A DNA stretch of 36,556 nt, from positions 1 through 36,556 of the forward strand of contig JBFMGO010000052.1 in assembly GCA_040752695.1 (NCBI GenBank), in the 5' to 3' direction. A program made the translations under genes and the position numbers. The notes beneath the pieces are model-generated. The model ran no database searches and was not told the DNA's origin. It was given only the letters and a program-made list of their open reading frames with translations. Every line of letters starts with the position of its first letter. Position 1 is the stretch's first letter. Source of the stretch: a bacterium. Its GTDB lineage: Bacteria; SZUA-182; DTGQ01. This document shows, piece by piece, positions 29,668-36,556 of this stretch.

Positions 29668-32139
29668 TCAATCCACGGAGGCATATTCTGTCCGTTTCCG
29701 CCTTTTTGATTGTTCTCCCTCATCACCGCTATAGTATTGATAAGAATAATATTTGTAATTGTAATAATAACTGCGCTTAGCCAAGTCTATATTGTTGATG
29801 ACAGCTCCCAACAGATGGGCATTCGCTTTTTGAAGGAGATTGCGACCTTGTTTGATGATGTCTCTATTGGTTGCTCCGCCGTGGATCACCAACGCGATAC
29901 CGTCCACCAGGCGGCTGATGATTACAGAATCCGTTACCGCCACTATTGGCGGTGAATCTATGATAATCATGTCATAGCGGGATTTAAGATCATTGAGAAT
30001 TTTTTCCAGGTGAGGAGATACCAGAAGTTCCGAAGGATTCGGCGGACGATGGCCAGAGGTAATAACCATGAGATTCTGGACCGGGCCTTTCTGAATAACC
30101 TCTTCTATTTGACATCGGCCGACAAGAAGGCTCGAAAGACCTTTATCATTTTTTACCTTTAAGACTTGATGGAGCCGGGGTTTGCGCATGTCAGCATCAA
30201 TTATCACTACCTTGGCACCAACCTGGGCCATGGTGAGGGCCAGGTTAACCGAGGTAATAGTCTTGCCTTCGCCAGGAATGGCACTGGTAATGAGAAGCGT
30301 TTTGGAACCAGCATCGGAAAAGGAGAACATTATACTGGTGCGCAATCCCTTGTACGCTTCACTGATTGAACTTTTAGGCTTGTGCAGGGTGATCAACTCG
30401 GGAGTTTCAAAATCTTTCATCGATGATAAATCGGCATGAGGAACAGGTCCTAAAAAGGGTGTGTCCAGATAACGCTTAAGGTCATCCGGCGTTTTAATCG
30501 TATTATCCAGGTTGTTCTGAAGAAAAGCCAATCCTAATCCCATGAGTAAACCAAGGATAGAAGCGACAATAAGATTTTTTTTCTTATTGGGTAAGACAGG
30601 ATTTTTAGGGGGATGAGCCTTATCAACAATGCGCACATTACATGTTTTTAAGGCAGTGGTAAGATCCGTCTCTTTCAGACGGTTTAACACCATCTCGAAC
30701 ATGCCTTTATCGCTATCGGCATTTCGTTTCAGGACATTATACTGAATTGATTTTTTATTCAGATCCATAGCCTCTTTCTTTTGCTCTTCCAGTGCCTCCA
30801 AAAGCCCATTCTCCTGGGCCAAAGCTATTTCGTATTCTGTTTTAATGCCGTTAATAATGCCGTTCGCCTCAGCCAGGAGACTTTTTTTGGTGGTCTCTAA
30901 TTGTGAATTAATCGCAACGATCTTCGGGTGGTCAGAACCATAAAGACTGGACTCTCTGCTATATTCCACCAAGAGAGCGGCATAATCTGTTTTAAGCTTT
31001 TGCATGAGGGGAGTACAAATATTCGCAGGAAGGGATTTTATTATCTTCTCATTATTCTCTCCCTGAGCCAAATCCTGCTCCTGATTGCACCCTTGCCCCT
31101 GCCCTTGTCCCTGATTCTGATTCTGCTCCTGACTAAGACCCTGTCCCTGATTTTGATCCTGATTCTCTCCCTGAGCCAAATCCTGCTCAGGGTTCTGATC
31201 CAGGGATCCTTTGATCTGATTATACAGGGTCTCAAGCCGTATTCTTTTGGTATTGGCCTCGGTAACTGCCGTATTCAGTTCAGACAGCTTTTGGATACTG
31301 ATATTTTGCTTTTCCTCAAGGGATACGATTTTATTTTGTTCCGTATAAGAAAAAAGCGCTTCTTCGGAAGCTTCCAGCTTTTTTTTCAACTCTCCCACAT
31401 GCTGGCTCAGCCAATTCGTTGCATCCATGGCTGCTTCATATTTATGCTGCAAATTGCTTTGAATATACTGTTCGGCGAGAGAATTGGTAATGGCAGCGGC
31501 TAAAAAGGGGTCTGGATGCAGGAAGCTGATATTAACAAGATTACTCCCCTGGAGCGGTTCAATTTTTAATTTGCTGAGAAGGGTATCGATCAGCTCATTG
31601 TCCTTTTTTGCTTGCAGATCTGCCTCTGTTACCGTGATAGCAGTTACTGATTGCGAAGGATTTAAAAAATAACGGAATGGTGAATTCTCAGTGATAACTT
31701 TGAAAGAATCCTTGATCTTGCATAAAAGAACATTCCTGGTTTGCGCAAACTCCGTTTTCCCTTTATCCTTATTACCGGTAAAAGCCGCGCATTGGGAAAG
31801 ATTCAGGTTGTCAATTACCGTTTTGGCCAGGGTGCGGCTCTGTAAAATCTTATACTGGGTCTGGTAATAATTCCAATCCCATTTGGCATCCGAGGAAATC
31901 ACCTCATCAATTCGTACGACATTCGGACTGTCTTTATCTATTTGAATCTGGGTAGTAACTTTATAAATCGGTGTTGTCCTATAGGTAATAATACCTACCG
32001 TTACTATCGTAACGAGAAAAACGGTAATGATCGACCACCGATATTTCACGATCACATGCCAGCAATCGCGCAATGGTGTTTGATTCTCTTCTTCTGGAAA
32101 ACTTCTTTCCACATACTCACTGTTTATTTGGGAGGCCAT
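29668..32139 (-). CDS. wzc: Wzc/GumC polysaccharide co-polymerase and tyrosine autokinase
   Basis: 823 aa; two TMs flanking coiled coils; Walker A SAIPGEGKT, A' IIDADMR, B IIIDSPP; C-terminal tyrosine cluster YYYNYKYYSYQYY. Confidence 0.95.
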   Translation of the reverse strand: MASQINSEYVERSFPEEENQTPLRDCWHVIVKYRWSIITVFLVTIVTVGIITYRTTPIYKVTTQIQIDKDSPNVVRIDEVISSDAKWDWNYYQTQYKILQSRTLAKTVIDNLNLSQCAAFTGNKDKGKTEFAQTRNVLLCKIKDSFKVITENSPFRYFLNPSQSVTAITVTEADLQAKKDNELIDTLLSKLKIEPLQGSNLVNISFLHPDPFLAAAITNSLAEQYIQSNLQHKYEAAMDATNWLSQHVGELKKKLEASEEALFSYTEQNKIVSLEEKQNISIQKLSELNTAVTEANTKRIRLETLYNQIKGSLDQNPEQDLAQGENQDQNQGQGLSQEQNQNQGQGQGQGCNQEQDLAQGENNEKIIKSLPANICTPLMQKLKTDYAALLVEYSRESSLYGSDHPKIVAINSQLETTKKSLLAEANGIINGIKTEYEIALAQENGLLEALEEQKKEAMDLNKKSIQYNVLKRNADSDKGMFEMVLNRLKETDLTTALKTCNVRIVDKAHPPKNPVLPNKKKNLIVASILGLLMGLGLAFLQNNLDNTIKTPDDLKRYLDTPFLGPVPHADLSSMKDFETPELITLHKPKSSISEAYKGLRTSIMFSFSDAGSKTLLITSAIPGEGKTITSVNLALTMAQVGAKVVIIDADMRKPRLHQVLKVKNDKGLSSLLVGRCQIEEVIQKGPVQNLMVITSGHRPPNPSELLVSPHLEKILNDLKSRYDMIIIDSPPIVAVTDSVIISRLVDGIALVIHGGATNRDIIKQGRNLLQKANAHLLGAVINNIDLAKRSYYYNYKYYSYQYYSGDEGEQSKRRKRTEYASVD
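31054..31188. repeat. 27-bp perfect direct repeat enclosing a Q/N/G-rich low-complexity insert in Wzc
   Basis: attctctccctgagccaaatcctgctc at 31054-31080 and 31162-31188; both encode EQDLAQGEN. Confidence 0.9.
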
Positions 32140-32170
32140 AAAATAAATTCCTTCTTTAAATTAGGGAACA

Positions 32171-32314
32171 GGGTATACCAGGGTATATACTGGTTATATT
32201 GGGTATACTGGTAATAGTTTGGTATATTGGGTATACGGAATGATACTGGAAATATCTGAGATACTAGAAATATTGAAGATACTGGAAATACTGGGAGTAC
32301 TGGAAATACCGGGT
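32171..32314. repeat. Degenerate 9-bp tandem repeat array (ATACTGGAA-like) between wza and wzc
   Basis: 32243-32314: atactggaa atatctgag atactagaa atattgaag atactggaa atactggga gtactggaa ataccgggt, preceded by tatactggt/tatattggg variants. Confidence 0.85.
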
Positions 32315-32390
32315 AGTAAACACTCTATCCGAAAAGCTGGTTCGGCACTCACAGGGATGCGGCCTCCCGGGGTTTTTCGGACAAGGCTCT

Positions 32391-33296
32391 TTAGAAAAAA
32401 CTTGCCGGGACCTTGATAATATCGTTTGCTTGAATTAAGTCATTCATTTCAACACTTATTTTATGCTCTTTGTCCTCAACCGTTCTGATGATTTTCGTTC
32501 CTTTGCCGTAAGCTTTTTGAGTAAATCCTCCGGCTATTGATATCCCCTGGATAATATTAATCCCATTATCCAATTTATAACGTCCAGGTGATTTTACTTC
32601 TCCGATTACATAGAAAAATCTCGCCTTCGGAATATAGACAGTATCGTTGTTCTCCAACTTGTAATGAAGATTGACCCCCTGATTGAAATCATGAAGATCG
32701 ATGGTAATAATCTGGCTGTATTTTCCTTCCTCCAGAATTGGATTTAACGGAGATAAATTTACCTCCTTGACAGGAGGGAGTAAGATACCTGCCTCCTGAC
32801 CTTTGCCTTTGGTATTTTCCTCGAATCCGCGTAAGATGTACGCCTCCTGACCAGCATCTTGAGTTAGTCCGCCGGCCATGGAGATAAGTTCGACCATGGT
32901 CATTGCCTTGCAGAAAGGGTAATTGCCTGGTCTGTTGACCTCTCCCAGCACATAAATCTTTGCACTATTATATTCTATGATTTTCACATCGATCTGGGGG
33001 TTAACGATATACTTATCTGCCAGGTTATTGTGAATAGCTTGCCGTATTTGTTCGCAGGTAAATCCTTTTACGGTGATCTCCCCTATCAGAGGGAAAAAGA
33101 TGTTTCCCTTAAGAGTAACCGTTTCTTCTCTTGAAAGGTCGGGATTATTCCACACTTCTATTCTGATTATATCCCTGGGACCTATAATATAATCTGTTAG
33201 AGAAGCACATGGAGAGAGAGGATGAATACCGTGGCAGGTAGCTAAAAAAATTAATAATAACAAAGTGATCTTGAACATTTTTTGCATTTTCTCCAT
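32391..33296 (-). CDS. Polysaccharide export protein (Wza/OPX family; Poly_export plus two SLBB domains)
   Basis: Signal-peptide-like N terminus; YIIGPRDIIRIEVW, GNIFFPLIGEI, VLGEVNRPG and VIGEVKSPG motifs. Confidence 0.9.
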   Translation of the reverse strand: MEKMQKMFKITLLLLIFLATCHGIHPLSPCASLTDYIIGPRDIIRIEVWNNPDLSREETVTLKGNIFFPLIGEITVKGFTCEQIRQAIHNNLADKYIVNPQIDVKIIEYNSAKIYVLGEVNRPGNYPFCKAMTMVELISMAGGLTQDAGQEAYILRGFEENTKGKGQEAGILLPPVKEVNLSPLNPILEEGKYSQIITIDLHDFNQGVNLHYKLENNDTVYIPKARFFYVIGEVKSPGRYKLDNGINIIQGISIAGGFTQKAYGKGTKIIRTVEDKEHKISVEMNDLIQANDIIKVPASFF

Positions 33297-33746
33297 CCCT
33301 GGGGTTTATTGTTAAACGGTGGAATTTTCCATAATCAACGTAACCGGTCAATGTGCTCAGTCAAAAGAGATGCAATTAAGCATAGCTTCGCCCTGTAAAT
33401 TACCTGTCCAATTTTTATATAAAAGTGTTGAAGTTAAACGATCCGGACAATTTATACGACAGGCGATATCTTAACCGATAGCATTCCATGAATGCTCGCC
33501 TTGTGCTTATATACGGCAGGCGGCATCTTTACTGATAACAATTCATAAGAGTATTCGTCTGCTTAAAAAAAGTGTTTAAACAAAGGTATAATGGTAAATG
33601 AATAACTTTATTTTGATGTTCAAACGAAGATAAATATATATGGAATGATCAATGTGTATGAATATTTTTCGGATGCTTTTTCTCTTGATAGCTACAAAAA
33701 AATTAAAATATACTGGAAAAAATTCTTAGGTAGGCTGGAGTTCATT

Positions 33747-33786
33747 ACCCCTCCTCCTCAGAAACATGTTTCTGAGGAGGAGGGGT
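33747..33786. repeat. Perfect 40-bp palindrome with no spacer
   Basis: ACCCCTCCTCCTCAGAAACA|TGTTTCTGAGGAGGAGGGGT; the two halves are exact reverse complements. Confidence 0.95.
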
Positions 33787-33829
33787 GAGAGGTTTTTCAT
33801 CTCAGGGAGAGTGATTTTTCATCCTTAGG

Positions 33830-33945
33830 TACCCTGTCAATCGAATCTTGCATGGATAACTGGAGCTTTCGCTCAGAATGACGCGGGTAGGCAAATTAAG
33901 CCCAATGGTCATTACCTTCCCCAACAATTGTGGCTTGACAGGACA
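33830..33945. mobile_element. Putative MITE (imperfect TIRs) carrying an internally deleted CGTC repeat
   Basis: TACCCTGTCAATCGAATCTTGC vs reverse complement of right end TGTCCTGTCAAGCCACAATTGT (14/22, shared core CCTGTCAA); internal CTGGAGCTTTCGCTCAGAATGACG. Confidence 0.45.
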
Positions 33946-33958
33946 TTGGTCCATCGTT

Positions 33959-35131
33959 TTATGCTACAGTCACATATGGCTCTTCCACTCCCGCATCTTT
34001 TCGCAATTGCTCTGCCTTATCAGTCTTCTCCCAGGTAAATTCCGGTTCATTCCTTCCGAAATGGCCATAGGCGGCGGTCTTTTTATAAAGAGGACGCCGC
34101 AGGTCGAGATACTGAATAATCCCTCTCGGAGTCAAATCAAAGTTATCCCAGATAATATCTCTGATTTTTTCCAAGGGAATCCGTCCCGTTCCGAAGGTAT
34201 CCACCATGACGGATACCGGCTTCTCCACACCGATGGCGTAAGCCAACTGCACCTCACAGCGATCGCAAATCCCGGCAGCTACGATGTTTTTGGCAACATA
34301 GCGGGCCATATAGGAGGCTGATCGGTCCACCTTACTGGGATCTTTTCCTGAAAAGGCACCGCCGCCATGACTGCCAAGCCCACCGTAGGTATCAACAATA
34401 ATCTTTCTGCCGGTCAGGCCGGTATCACCCAATGGCCCGCCTACGACAAACCGGCCGGTAGGATTGATATAAAAGACCGTATCCGAATCCAGCAATGATG
34501 GATCGATCACTTCCTTGATGACATGATCGATGATGTCTTCCCTGATGGTCTTGTTATCGATTTCAGGGCCGTGCTGAGTAGAGATAACTACGCTGTCCAC
34601 CCTCACCGGTTTATTATTCACGTATTCCAATGTCACCTGGCTCTTGCCGTCAGGCCGTAAATAGGAAAGGATGCCTTTTTTGCGCACATCGGCAAGCCGT
34701 TTGACCAACTGGTGGGCCAGTAAGATAGGCATAGGCATAAGGACTTCGGTTTCATTGCAGGCATAGCCGAACATAAGGCCCTGATCTCCGGCTCCTCCGA
34801 TATCCACGCCCTGGGCAATATCGGGTGACTGCTCGTCAACAGAGGTAACCACTGCGCAGGTTTCACAGTCAAATCCATAACCAGCATCGGTATACCCGAT
34901 TTCCCGAATGGTGTTGCGAACAATTTTAGGTATGTCTACATAGCAACTGGTGGTGATCTCCCCGGCCACAAATGCCAGGCCGGTAGTTACCAGCGTTTCG
35001 CACGCTACCCTCCCCGCAGGATCGTGGGCAATAATGAAATCCAGAACAGCATCCGATATCTGATCTGCTACTTTATCCGGGTGTCCTTCAGTGACTGATT
35101 CTGAGGTAAACAGGAAATCTTTCTTGTGCAT
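33959..35131 (-). CDS. metK: S-adenosylmethionine synthetase
   Basis: [33 protein letters not shown] and GGGAFSGKD motifs; AAGGAG RBS at 35141-35146. Confidence 0.98.
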   Translation of the reverse strand: MHKKDFLFTSESVTEGHPDKVADQISDAVLDFIIAHDPAGRVACETLVTTGLAFVAGEITTSCYVDIPKIVRNTIREIGYTDAGYGFDCETCAVVTSVDEQSPDIAQGVDIGGAGDQGLMFGYACNETEVLMPMPILLAHQLVKRLADVRKKGILSYLRPDGKSQVTLEYVNNKPVRVDSVVISTQHGPEIDNKTIREDIIDHVIKEVIDPSLLDSDTVFYINPTGRFVVGGPLGDTGLTGRKIIVDTYGGLGSHGGGAFSGKDPSKVDRSASYMARYVAKNIVAAGICDRCEVQLAYAIGVEKPVSVMVDTFGTGRIPLEKIRDIIWDNFDLTPRGIIQYLDLRRPLYKKTAAYGHFGRNEPEFTWEKTDKAEQLRKDAGVEEPYVTVA

Positions 35132-35150
35132 CTCGCCTTACTCCTTATTA

Positions 35151-35301
35151 CTATACTTTTGCACTTCTTAGCAACTGATTGGAATACCTATAGTTTCGTA
35201 ATGTCTACCCGTCATTCTGAGCGAAGGCTTAGAATCCAGTATTATTAAGGCTTCTGGATTCTAAGCCTTCGCGGGAAATGATAAAAAGTGTAAAAGTATA
35301 G
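35151..35301. repeat. CGTC-type palindromic repeat doublet (35210-35282) nested inside a 20-bp outer inverted repeat
   Basis: Inner CGTCATTCTGAGCGAAGGCTTAGAATCCAG...CTGGATTCTAAGCCTTCGCGGGAAATGAT; outer CTATACTTTTGCACTTCTTA / TAAAAAGTGTAAAAGTATAG (18/20 complementary). Confidence 0.85.
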
Positions 35302-35305
35302 CTTA

Positions 35306-35353
35306 TTAAAAATACAGTTAAAAATACAGTTTATGATACAGTTTAAAATACAA
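35306..35353. repeat. 12-bp tandem repeat x4 (TTAAAAATACAG)
   Basis: ttaaaaatacag ttaaaaatacag tttatgatacag tttaaaatacaa. Confidence 0.85.
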
Positions 35354-35412
35354 TCACTACGGTTGATGGAGCTTATTATGGAAGTAATTGAAATAGTTAA
35401 AGTTTTTAACTT

Positions 35413-36318
35413 TTAACGAACGGCAAAACCTACAGCGTGTCCATACAGATCGGTAGAATATAACTCTAACTGAAACCCTGCTTCATTCAGTTCAGAGGCT
35501 ATTTCCTCCTCATTAAAAATATGGACATAATTAGGCACTAAATCATCTCCAGCTTCTGCTAATTCACGCCCAAGAGGCCATCTTATGCTATTCGCCACTG
35601 CCTTAATCATTCTAAAATAGAAGGGCTTATCGGGATAGGCAAAGAAAGACAGCAGAATTGGAGCACGCTCCCTGAGAAGTTTTCGCAAAATCTTAAGAAA
35701 AGCTATTCTGTTTGTTCTCCCCTGAATATACATATAGGCGCTCCAGCCAACGATAATGCCGTCATATATTTTTGTGACAGGCGGGCATTGATCTCTGGGA
35801 GCCGATTGTATTCTGGGTGGGAATCCCTCTTCTATGAATAACCTGTGAGCACATTCGACCAGAGCATTATTGCATTCAAAACCCTCAACCTCATATCCTC
35901 TTTTCATGAGGGCCAGCATTTCTCTCCCACCTCCAGCGCTGGTAACCAAAAGTGATTTGCATTGCTGAAAATAATTCTCGATAATTATTTTCTCCCATTC
36001 AAAAAAGCCACTTCGATTATACTCATTATTATGATATATTTTTCTATTATCGTCATTATTAAAAAATTTATTATCGATTAAGTGAAATGTTTCTCTTTTT
36101 AAAATTCCAAGCCAAAAGCCAGTAAATACTATCTTGGACAATCCTACAATATTGCGATAAACTTTTTCGACAGAGAAATGTGTTTCGTCCACCCTGCGGT
36201 AAATTTTTTTCGTAACGAAATGAGAGTTAAATATCTTGCGGTAAATCTTATCTGCTCTGAAATATATTTCTACGATAAAAGGATATTTTTGCTCATTATT
36301 CTCATTCTTTACTTCCAT
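35413..36318 (-). CDS. Class I SAM-dependent methyltransferase
   Basis: LLVTSAGGGRE (motif I-like), VEGFEC and YDGIIVGWSAYMYI motifs. Confidence 0.75.
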   Translation of the reverse strand: MEVKNENNEQKYPFIVEIYFRADKIYRKIFNSHFVTKKIYRRVDETHFSVEKVYRNIVGLSKIVFTGFWLGILKRETFHLIDNKFFNNDDNRKIYHNNEYNRSGFFEWEKIIIENYFQQCKSLLVTSAGGGREMLALMKRGYEVEGFECNNALVECAHRLFIEEGFPPRIQSAPRDQCPPVTKIYDGIIVGWSAYMYIQGRTNRIAFLKILRKLLRERAPILLSFFAYPDKPFYFRMIKAVANSIRWPLGRELAEAGDDLVPNYVHIFNEEEIASELNEAGFQLELYSTDLYGHAVGFAVR

Positions 36319-36461
36319 ATTTCTTCCTGAGATATTTTCGTACTTCCTGTCTAATACATATGTGAAGGCTCGCTATAGCCTCTAAGTACACGGCGCATTA
36401 AATACGCAGCCGGTTGACCTCGTTCATATAGTGGACACTTTTGAGGAGAAGTCTAACCAAC

Positions 36462-36535
36462 CGTCATTCCCGTGTAGACGGGAATCCAGGCTTTTCAAGG
36501 GCTTTTTGGATTCTAAGCCTTCGCTCAGAATGACG
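36462..36535. repeat. CGTC-type palindromic repeat doublet
   Basis: CGTCATTCCCGTGTAGACGGGAATCCAG...TGGATTCTAAGCCTTCGCTCAGAATGACG. Confidence 0.9.
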
Positions 36536-36556
36536 AATAACGTGCTGCGTGGATGA

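Noticed and set aside
29381..29671. 96-aa minus-strand ORF between wzc and gmd
   Set aside because: Runs through the MITE/CGTC repeat and overlaps gmd out of frame; no family motif.
32219..32416. 65-aa plus-strand ORF (ILE-repeat peptide)
   Set aside because: A by-product of the 9-bp tandem repeat, antisense to the operon.
33297..33720. Promoter upstream of wza (TTGACT-N16-TACGTT near 33335-33362; sigma54-like TTGCA near 33371)
   Set aside because: Weak matches in AT-rich DNA and no GG at the -24 position; not supportable.
33802..33954. Short ATG-initiated minus-strand ORF immediately after the metK stop
   Set aside because: Spans the MITE-like element and does not resemble ahcY or any other family.
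312..34923. Numerous short ORFs on the plus strand or in alternative minus frames (for example 611-1183, 18597-19253, 30928-31503, 33878-34321)
   Set aside because: They lie within well-supported minus-strand genes and show no recognisable motifs; shadow ORFs.
27331..35353. Repeat arrays considered as possible CRISPR
   Set aside because: Units are 9-15 bp and head-to-tail with no unique spacers; no cas genes in the window.
35132..35412. SAM riboswitch upstream of metK
   Set aside because: No SAM-I/II core consensus recognised; the structure is explained by the repeat family. An Rfam scan would settle it.

Overview
The window holds one continuous minus-strand surface-polysaccharide locus of a bacterium with moderate to low GC; the taxon cannot be fixed from sequence alone. 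In transcription order (right to left) it reads: a class I methyltransferase, metK, a short Wza/OPX export protein, a Wzc tyrosine kinase, gmd and fcl (GDP-L-fucose), a B12-binding radical SAM enzyme, several glycosyltransferases, a putative Wzy, and an FkbM methyltransferase. Next comes a seven-gene CDP-sugar cassette (rfbF, rfbG, C-methyltransferase, 3,5-epimerase, DegT aminotransferase, GNAT, CmcI), then Wzx, a GT2, a TylF methyltransferase, a WbuB/WcaI-like GT4, an epimerase/reductase, a WbpL-like initiating transferase, an atypical GT, a STELLO/DUF288 protein, a large O-antigen-ligase-family protein and a CapD/WbpM dehydratase. Most notable: (i) the cassette predicts a kansosamine-like branched, methylated, N-acylated amino sugar; (ii) six SAM-dependent enzymes lie in the same window as metK; (iii) a family of CGTC-type palindromic repeats, three of them nested inside short MITE-like terminal inverted repeats, with an exact 29-bp inverted pair bracketing the last methyltransferase gene; (iv) many short tandem duplications, most with periods divisible by 3, both in genes and between them. 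No rRNA, tRNA, CRISPR array or transposase gene was seen. All calls rest on motifs recognised by eye; no database search was run.
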